NCBI GenBank assembly: GCA_002269645.1
Contig: NIVC01000460.1
Span: 186,001-250,000, forward strand
Reading direction: 5' to 3'
From: Macrostomum lignano
Taxonomy: Eukaryota
Length of the DNA: 64,000 nt
This document shows, in pieces, positions 55,075-64,000 of this stretch (position 1 is its first letter; each line of letters opens with the position of its first letter). The notes beneath the pieces were generated by a model. It was not told the DNA's origin and ran no database searches. It saw only the letters and a list, made by a program, of their open reading frames with translations. The translations under genes and the position numbers were made by a program.

Positions 55075-55690
55075 GATCTCTCCCCTCCTCTCCCATGTCT
55101 CCCCTCCTCTCCCATCTCCCCTCCTCTCCCATCTCCCCTCCTCTCCCATGCCTCCCCTCCTCTCCCATCTCCCCTCCTCTCCCATCTCCCCTCCTCTCCC
55201 ATCTCCCCTCCTCTCCCATCTCTCCCCTCCTCTCCTCTCCTCTCCTCTCCTCTCCTCTCCTCTCCTCTCCTCTCCCATCTCCCCTCCTCTCCCATCTCCC
55301 CTCCTCTCCCATCTCCCCTCCTCTCCCATCTCCCCTCCTCTCCCATCTCCCCTCCTCTCCCATCTCCCCTCCTCTCCCATCTCCCCTCCTCTCCCATCTC
55401 CCCTCCTCTCCCATCTCTCCCCTCCTCTCCTCTCCTCTCCTCTCCTCTCCTCTCCTCTCCTCTCCTCTCCCATCTCCCCTCCTCTCCCATCTCCCCTCCT
55501 CTCCCATCTCCCCTCCTCTCCCATCTCCCCTCCTCTCCCATCTCCCCTCCTCTCCCATCTCCCCTCCTCTCCCATCTCTCCCCTCCTCTCCCATCTTCCC
55601 TCCTCTCCCATCTCCCCTCCTCTCCCATCTTCCCTCCTCTCCCATCTCCCCTCCTCTCCCATCTCTTCCCTACTCTCCCATGTCTCCCCT
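55075..55690. repeat. Pyrimidine-rich repeat, 17-bp unit (ctcccatctcccctcct) plus (CCTCT)n
   Basis: Direct reading. Confidence 0.95.
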
Positions 55691-56164
55691 ACCCCCTACT
55701 TCACCCCTCTTCCCCTATTCTCCCCTATTCCTCTACTTCTTCCCTCCTCCCTATTTCTTCTTCCGAACTAAGGAACTGAATTCCCTCCTTCATCTCTACA
55801 AAAATATTTTCAAATATGGACTCGTTAACATTGTTGAAGAGACCAATTGGAGCTGAAGATTGCTGCCAATAACGAGTACCGGAGCAAGGACTGAGTTGCA
55901 GACCTATTGACCCAATTTTATCAAGTGGTTAATCTATCAACTAATATATCTGCAAGGACTACAAGAGCTGCAAGTTGTTAAGTAGTCCTTGGTTTGCTGT
56001 TGAAGGCGGCACAGAAACGAAGAATAGATCGAATATATCTGTCTTTTCCGCCTGCTGCTGAAGAAAGTCCATGTGAATTTTGCTTTTAAAAATTTTCTGT
56101 TGGGTCACGGAATTTTGAGACGCAAAAGAAACATCAAGAAGATAAATGTAGTGTGCAAAAGCTA

Positions 56165-56870
56165 GAGGAGAAGTAGAGAGAGGAAGAAAGAAGTAGAGGG
56201 GGAGTGAGAAGTAGAGGGGGAGGGAGAAGTAGAGAGAGGGAGAGAGAAGTAGAGAGAGGGAGAGAGAAGTAGAGGGGGAGGGAGAAGTAGAGAGAGGGAG
56301 AGAGAAGTAGAGAGGGAGAGAGAAGTAGAGGGGGAGGGAGAAGTAGAGAGAGGGAGAGAGAAGTAGAGAGGGAGAGAGAAGTAGAGAGAGGGAGAGAGAA
56401 GTAGAGAGAGGGAGAGAGAAGTAGAGGGGAGGGAGAAGTAGAGAGAGGAAGAGAGAAGTAGAGAGGGAGAGAGAAGTAGAGAGAGGGAGAGAGAAGTAGA
56501 GGGGGAGGGAGAAGTAGAGAGAGGGAGAGAGAAGTAGAGAGGGGGAGAGAGAAGTAGAGGGGAGAGAGAAGTAGAGAGGGAGAGAGAAGTAGAGGTCGAG
56601 AGAGAAGTAGAGAGAGAGAAGTAGAGAGAGGAGAGATTAGTAGAGGTCGAGAGAGAAGTAGAGAGAGAAGTAGAGAGAGGAAGAGATAAGTAGAGATCAA
56701 GAGAGAAGTAGACAGAGAAGTAGAGAGAGAGAAGTAGAGAGAGAGAAGTAGAGAGAGGGAGAGAGAAGTAGAGAGAGGAAGAGATAAGTAGAGAGAGGAA
56801 GAGATAAGTAGAGAGAGGAAGAGATAAGTAGAGGTCGAGAGAGAAGTAGAGAGGGGGAGAGTAGATAGGG
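56165..56870. repeat. Purine-rich repeat (gagagaagtagagagg)
   Basis: Direct reading. Confidence 0.95.
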
Positions 56871-57297
56871 GATAGAGAAGCAGAGAAGTAGACAGCAATC
56901 CTGCAGTGCTGGAGAGTTTGCAGTCCAAGACAAATAAGATTATAAAAACTCTTCGAAGCTTTCAAATATATGCAGCGATCTCGACAAAGGAAATTAGCGA
57001 TCGAACAGAAGAAATTTGCTCGATATTAGCTAACTAGTATTTATTTTATCACTGGACAACCAGATTTCAAGTGTGAACAGGTTCGAATCTGTCTGCGGCT
57101 ACGCAAGGCTAAATGTTTTAGTTGATTCGATAATTTTTACACAGACAACCTTCGAAGTGCTTCGCTTTCAGCTCGCATTGGGCCAAGTAGATAGGACTGA
57201 GATAAGAGTTCGACAGAGGGACAGGCGCACAACCTTGATTCCGCTTCGCGACAACCTATTCATTGAGACAGCGTGTTGGCAGGCAGTTGACTCTGCT

Positions 57298-60011
57298 TTA
57301 GTTTTCATTGACGCTTCGCTTCTTGCGGTAGGAGCTGCGATAGTAGCGGCTGTAGTACTCGCCAAGCAGAGTGCCTAGGTCCTTCTCGTTCATCGAGCAG
57401 TCGGTCTTGCAGGAGCGGATGCTGGAGCCGCGGATGCCGAGGGCGGAGCTGACGCAGCACTGGCCTGGCGGGCAATCCGAGTCCACCTGGCAGTCGATGC
57501 GGCGTGGCATGCCGAAGTCGTAGTAGCGCGGCATCTCTCGCTCGCAGACGCCGCCGTATCCTGCGTAGTGTTTGATTGGTTGCTATTTTTAGCACATGAG
57601 GGTTTGTCCGACGAGTCGAGGGGGGGGGTTTAAACGCAGAATGCGTTTGATTGGTTGCCATTTTTAGCACTCCCTCGGCAGGGATACAAGTGAAAATCAC
57701 GGGCTCTTCTAATTGGTTGCTATTTTTAGCACTCCCTCGGCAGGGATAGAAGTGAAAATCACGGGCTCTTCTAATTGGTTGCTATTTTTAGCGTGGCAGG
57801 GCTACCCCTGGGCAAGGAAAATCTTTTTTGCTTGATTATATATTTAGAGCTCAACATTTTTTCTCCAGAAAGTAAAGTTTAGTGCTCAGTGTTTCTTTAA
57901 TTGGCTCGCTAATTTTATGCCCTCGCTAATTTAGATTTTTTAAAATGGAAACCCAATCAAAAGGTTCCCGATTATTGAATACTCGGAGCATTAAAAGTGC
58001 AAAATTACTGAGATATTCCATAAAATGGCCCATTGCAGTTCTCTACGTAAACACAAAACTTTCAGGCAAAAGTTGTCCGAGCCACTCAACAAACTGCATT
58101 TTATCCTTGGGATTCGAAATCCAATTCTGAGACCGGAAAACGGCGTCGCGCCCTTCCCAGTGCCACAATTTGATCAGCTTAAGGAGGCTTTAAAATCCCC
58201 TCCCCGATGGGACCTCAGAGTGCTGGGAATCGGCGACAGACGAGAAGGGAAGAGCGAGGATGAAGACTGGGAGACTCCCCGGTCTCATGGCAAACTTGGA
58301 ATATTCGATAAGGCTGGGGAACAGCCCGCTGGGGATTCTGACTTGGGGAAACGATTTCTCCTGCCGCACGGAACCTCAGCTTTCAATGCTTCTTTGTTGC
58401 CAAGTAGGGCGGAGAATCTTCTTTTCGGGGAACTGCTCAGAACTCTGCCATGTCCCCCCCCCACCCAACGAAATAAAATGCCACTTCTCGCGGCTGCTAA
58501 CTGAATTCTGGAGAAAGAGAATTTGATTGAGGGGAAAAATGGTTGATTTTATGGACCGGGCCGAGCTGGGCGCCTCATCAATTTTCAGCTCCCTGCTGCT
58601 GCTGGCTTCTTAGCCCGCCAGCAGGAATGCAAAATGAGGAGAGCTACAGTGGCGGCTCTTCTCCCCACAGAATAAAAATTGGCCAAGCAAAACAGAGAGA
58701 ACTGGCCCCTCATTGCGTGGCGCGGAAATGTTAAAAAAAGTCAGTGGCACAAGAAATTATGGCAAGAGATTTCTGGCAGCACTCTGGATGTGGCCGCTGA
58801 GCCAGCTGTGCAACATTTATTAACGAAGTTTTAAGTGGCAGCTTTTTTGGACCCAAAAATGCATGTGGATACTAAAAATAGACTTTATTGTAAATAGACA
58901 TCCGCGATGGAAGTCTGGGTGCATTGATGGGAACATATTGCAACGGTAGTCATGTGGTTTAAAAATATCCCCAAAAGAAGCGCTCCGTATGGGAAGCTTT
59001 TAGAATTGGTATATTTATTTTTGTCTCGGTTCCCGATGTTGGCTAGATTAGCAATCCATTCTATTCCTTCATCAGTGATGCTGGCTAGATTAGCAATCCA
59101 TTCTATTCCTTCATCAGTGATGTTGGCTAGATTAGCAATCCATTCTATTCCTTCATCAGTGATGTTGGCTAGATTAGCAATCCAATCTATTCCTTCATCA
59201 GTGATGTTGGCTAGATTAGCAATCCATTCTATTCCTTCATCAGTGATGGCTAGATTAGCAATCCATTCTATTCCTTCATCAGTGATGCTGGCTAGATTAG
59301 CAATCCATTATATTCCTTCATCAGTGATGCTGGCTAGATTAGCAATCCATTCTATTCCTTCATCAGTGATGGCTAGATTAGCAATCCATTCTACTCCTTC
59401 ATCAGTGATGCTGGCTAGATTAGCAATCCATTCTATTCCTTCATCAGTGATGCTGGCTAGATTAGCAATCCATTCTATTCCTTCATCAGTGATGTTGGCT
59501 AGATTAGCAATCCATTCTATTCCTTCATCAGTGATGTTGGCTAGATTAGCAATCCATTCTATTCCTTCATCAGTGATGGCTAGATTAGCAATCCATTCTA
59601 CTCCTTCATCAGTGATGCTGGCTAGATTAGCAATCCATTCTACTCCTTCATCAGTGTCACTCATCAGGGTCACTCACTCTTATAACCGTATCGGCAGACC
59701 AGGCCATCGCAGCACACCGTGTCCGAGTAGCAAAACGAGCCCTCAAAGCCGCACTAAAAAGGTGCAAAAAGGTGAAAATCGCAAATGACGAATATCGAAT
59801 ATCTTCAGCACACGCAGATCTCATCAGCGCAGAAACCGATATCAAATTTCAACGAATAGCTTATAGTTAGATCGAATATGATGATTCGATTGCAACTCAC
59901 GTTGCTATCTGAGCCGCCGCCCATGATCCTGATGAAGCCCGCAGCCTCCCTAGGACCCATGCTGATCGACAGGGCGACAGTCAGAGCAATCAAAATGGTT
60001 GCAGCTGTCAT
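57298..60011 (-). CDS. Secreted cysteine-rich peptide precursor, 149 aa (signal peptide, knottin/ICK-type domain, prokineticin/colipase-like domain, Tyr-rich tail); exons 60011-59901, 59753-59678, 57560-57298
   Basis: Both donors are GTGAGT; acceptors are tttttag and acgcag; phases 0 and 1 match; total 450 nt. Translation: MTAATILIALTVALSISMGPREAAGFIRIMGGGSDSN-CGFEGSFCYSDTVCCDGLVCRYGYK-RYGGVCEREMPRYYDFGMPRRIDCQVDSDCPPGQCCVSSALGIRGSSIRSCKTDCSMNEKDLGTLLGEYYSRYYRSSYRKKRSVNEN*. Confidence 0.82.
59035..59655. repeat. Intronic minisatellite, 42/39-bp unit (ggctagattagcaatccattctattccttcatcagtgatgct)
   Basis: About 15 copies in intron 2 of the peptide gene. Confidence 0.95.
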
Positions 60012-60344
60012 TTCGCTGCTTTGTTAAAATATGGAATTCAGGGAAAACTTTTTTAAGGTTGAAAAATAGTTTTCTTAGGATCGACTTGAACAGCTAGCGC
60101 GCCCTGGAGATGCCGCCGGGTCCCTGTTTTAGCTGACGAAATTGATGACTTCTTCAGCCGATCGACTAGATAGTGATTCTTTCCAGCGGCAGCCCGAGTG
60201 CAGAGGGTTTATACACCCACCGAGGCTGGGGTTCCTGACCAATGGGGAGAGGCCTCAGACTGGCTGGCAGTTTGAGGAGCTAGCTCGATCATTGGCAAAT
60301 TACATTTTGAGCATGAGCATGGGACTCTAACATCTTGAGACTCA

Positions 60345-62290
60345 TTATCATGAGAGTTGAGAATCAGACTTCAGTATCATGAGAGTCTAGCATCATGAGA
60401 GTTGAGAATCAGGAGACTTCAGTATCATGAGAGTTGAGAATCAGACTTCAGTATCATGAGAGTCTAGCATCATGAGAGTTGAGAATCAGGAGACTTCAGT
60501 ATCATGAGAGTTGAGAATCAGACTTCAGTATCATGAGAGTTGAGCATCAGGAGACTTCAGTATCATGAGAGTTAAGAGTCAGGAAACTTCAGTACCATGA
60601 GAGTTGAGAATCAGGAGACTTCAGTATCATGAGAGTTGAGAATCAGACTTCAGTATCATGAGAGTTGAGCATCAGGAGACTTCAGTATCATGAGAGTTAA
60701 GAGTCAGGAAACTTCAGTACCATGAGAGTTGAGAATCAGGAGACTTCAGTATCATGAGAGTTGAGCATCAGGAGACTTCAGTATCATGAGAGTTAAGAGT
60801 CAGGAAACTTCAGTACCATGAGAGTTGAGAATCAGGAGAGTTGAGCATCAGGAGACTTCAGTATCATGAGAGTTGAGCATCAGGAGACTTCAGTATCATG
60901 AGAGTTGAGCATCAGGAGACTTCAGTATCATGAGAGTCTAGCATCATGAGAGTTGAGCATCAGGAGACTTCAGTATCATGAGAGTCTAGCATCATGAGAG
61001 TCTAGCATCATGAGAGTCTAGCATCATGAGAGTCTAGCATCATGAGAGTTGAGCTTAAGGAGACTTCAGTATCATGAGAGTTGAGAATCAGGAGACTTCA
61101 GTATCATGAGAGTTGAGCATCAGGAGACTTCAGTATCATGAGAGTTGAGAATCAGGAGACTTCAGTACCATGAGAGTTGAGCATCAGGAGACTTCAGTAT
61201 CATGAGAGTTGAGAATCAGGAGACTTCAGTATCATGAGAGTTGAGCATCAGGAGACTTCAGTATCATGAGAGTTGAGAATCAGGAGACTTCAGTACCATG
61301 AGAGTTGAGAATCATGAGACTCAGTAAGTATCATGAGAGTTGGGAATCAGGAGACTTCAGTATCATGAGAGTTGAGAATCATGAGACTCAGTAAGTATCA
61401 TGAGAGTTGAGAATCAGGAGACTTCAGTATCATGAGAGTTGAGAATCATGAGACTTCAGTATCATGAGAGTTGAGAATCAAGAGACTTCAGTATCATGAG
61501 AGTCTAGCATCATGAGAGTTGAGCATCAGGAGACTTCAGTATCATGAGAGTCTAGCATCATGAGAGTCTAGCATCATGAGAGTCTAGCATCATGAGAGTC
61601 TAGCATCATGAGAGTCTAGCATCATGAGAGTTGAGCTTAAGGAGACTTCAGTATCATGAGAGTTGAGAATCAGGAGACTTCAGTATCATGAGAGTTGAGC
61701 ATCAGGAGACTTCAGTATCATGAGAGTTGAGAATCAGGAGACTTCAGTATCATGAGAGTTGAGCATCAAGAGACTTCAGTACCATGAGAGTTGAGAATCA
61801 TGAGACTCAGTAAGTATCATGAGAGTTGAGAATCAGGAGACTTCAGTATCATGAGAGTTGAGAATCATGAGACTCAGTAAGTATCATGAGAGTTGAGAAT
61901 CAGGAGACTTCAGTATCATGAGAGTTGAGAATCAGGAGACTTCAGTATCATGAGAGTTGAGAATCAGGAGACTTCAGTATCATGAGAGTTGAGAATCAGG
62001 AGACTTCAGTATCATGAGAGTTGAGCATCAAGAGACTCAGTACCCTGAGAGTCTATCATCATGAGACTTCAGTACCCTGAGAGTCTATCATCATGAGACT
62101 TCAGTACCCTGAGAGTCTATCATCATGAGACTTCAGTACCCTGAGAGTCTATCATCATGAGACTTCAGTACCCTGAGAGTCTATCATCATGAGACTTCAG
62201 TACCCTGAGAGTCTATCATCATGAGACTTTAAGAAACGGACACTTCTGTAACATAAGACTTCAGTAATATACACTTCAGTATCATGAGAC
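60345..62290. repeat. Minisatellite, ~32-bp unit (ggagacttcagtatcatgagagttgagaatca) with 13-bp sub-arrays, ~1.9 kb
   Basis: Tandem copies starting ~330 bp upstream of the peptide ATG. Confidence 0.96.
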
Positions 62291-63184
62291 TTCAGTGAAC
62301 AAACACCAGTCACTTCAGCAACAGACACTTGAACAGCCAAGCCATTTTCAACCAAACATGCAAATACCTTTGCCATGGGATGCTAGCTAATGCAGTCTGT
62401 GTTGATTAATAAATCAGCCATATGCAGTTTCATGCACACGGTTCTGTATCCGCCCCAGCTTCATTCCTTTAGCGCGTAATTACGCACACAGCGAATGCAA
62501 AGGGAGAACGACGGCCACAAAGGACCAAAAATCGATGACCTGAATCGAAATTTTTCTCTCTAGAAGTCCTTCTCCAAGCACACCAGGCCAATGCTTGGTC
62601 GATGCAGATACAGCTACACCCGGTCTCTGTGATACATGCAGGGTCATATATTATTTCCCCACAGCAAAGCAATAATTAGAGCTAGAATAGTTGACAGGTG
62701 AGAATTCTCTCACAAAGAAAAATTGTCTATCATGAAATATTCACAAACACTAAACACTACACTATTATGATTATTTCTTGGATTCTGTTGTAAGGGAAAC
62801 AAACAGACAGCAGTGCTGCATTTGGCAACTAATAATATTTACTCTTTTCATTTCATGCCATCTGCATATTTATTGATTTGTATTATTATTGAACAGTCGG
62901 ATACAGTAAAACTCATAAGACAATGGCAGTACAGACCGACCATACAAGACAAACAGCAGGCATTTGGCGTAAAGCAAAACAAGAAAACAAGAAGATTACA
63001 AAACAAAACAAGACATATTATAATTGCGACAACAAATTTGAATTGTGTTTTGTTGCATATTTCAACAATAGAGCAATATTTAATGTTTATAAATACAGTC
63101 AAACATTGGAATTTTGTTGATTATTGGACACATTGAGAATCCAAACGCAATGCACATTTTCTATATTTGGAATTTTGCTTATGG

Positions 63185-63600
63185 GGAGATGAAGGGAGAG
63201 ACGAAGGGAGAAAAAAGGAGAGATAAAGGGAGGGATAAAGAGAGAAAGATGAAGGGATGGATGTAGGGAGAGAGGAAGGGAGAGATGAAGTAGATTAAAG
63301 GGAGATATGAAGCGAGAGAAGGGAGATTAAGGGGAGGGATGGAGGGAGGGATGAAGGGAGAGGTGAAAGGAGATTAAAGGAAGATGAAGGGAGATTCAAG
63401 GGAGAGATAAAGGGAGGAATGAAGGGAAGGATGAATAGAGATAAAAGGAGAGATGAAGGAAGAAATGAAGGGAGATTAAAGGCGGAGATTAAGGGAGGGA
63501 TGAAGGGCGAGATAAAGGGGGGATGAAGGGAGATGAAAGGGAGAGGTGTATTTTTAGGAGAGGAGATACAAGGAGAGAAGAAAGGGATAAAATGGAGGGA
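63185..63600. repeat. Purine-rich low-complexity region (gggagatgaa/gggagattaa)
   Basis: Direct reading. Confidence 0.8.
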
Positions 63601-64000
63601 TATAAGAGAAGCATTAGCCAGCAAGAAGAAGTCAAAACGATGGGGCAACAAGAAGCGAAAGCGAGCACAGAGCAGCGGCTCTATGTTTAACACAGTACTG
63701 CAAACCCGAGCAGACACGAGCAAGCACGCGGGAAAAGCCATATACGGAAATGCTAACAATAACCAAAAAAGAACAGAAAAAAAGCATTTTGACGTAAGCG
63801 GAATTAACGAGATTAGTTTATAGAGATAGGGGAGAGGAGGACACGGGGTCAGGCTGTAACGGTCAGGCCTCTCTGAACTTAATCAATAAAATCAGCACAA
63901 AGGAAGAATTAAGAAAGCGCTCAGATGGCATGCATTGAAATAAAAAGAATGAAACAAAATCCGTTTAATGCTACTGGCATATATTTTACTCAGTAGCTAA

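Noticed and set aside
62469-62672. Cys-rich minus-strand ORF as a second peptide gene or an extra exon
   Set aside because: No ATG or signal peptide, no recognisable Cys framework, and candidate splice frames hit stops.

Overview
Eukaryotic (animal) genomic DNA with GC-rich exons in AT-rich, minisatellite-laden intergenic and intronic sequence. The style resembles a free-living flatworm such as Macrostomum; this is an inference from composition and protein style, not tested. Seven genes are supported. Three are intronless: a Tim8-like small Tim (+), a Pygopus-like PHD protein (-) and RBX1 (-). The others are a two-exon mitoferrin (+), a six-exon 7-cadherin-repeat protocadherin (-, about 1141 aa by my splicing), a two-exon claudin/PMP22-like tetraspan (-), and a three-exon 149-aa secreted cysteine-rich peptide (-) that the ORF track hides. 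That peptide is the most interesting item: signal peptide, a C-C-CC-C-C knottin (ICK)-type domain, a second prokineticin/colipase-like Cys domain and a Tyr-rich tail with a KKR site. Mobile DNA includes two end-to-end deleted Tc1/IS630-like elements with a nested hAT-type MITE directly upstream of RBX1, a mariner relic, a decayed LINE, Merlin-like and hAT/P-like MITEs with 8-bp TSDs, and a tRNA-derived SINE. About 25 tandem-repeat arrays account for most long ORFs in the track. All exon structures and translations were done by eye, and repeat boundaries are approximate.
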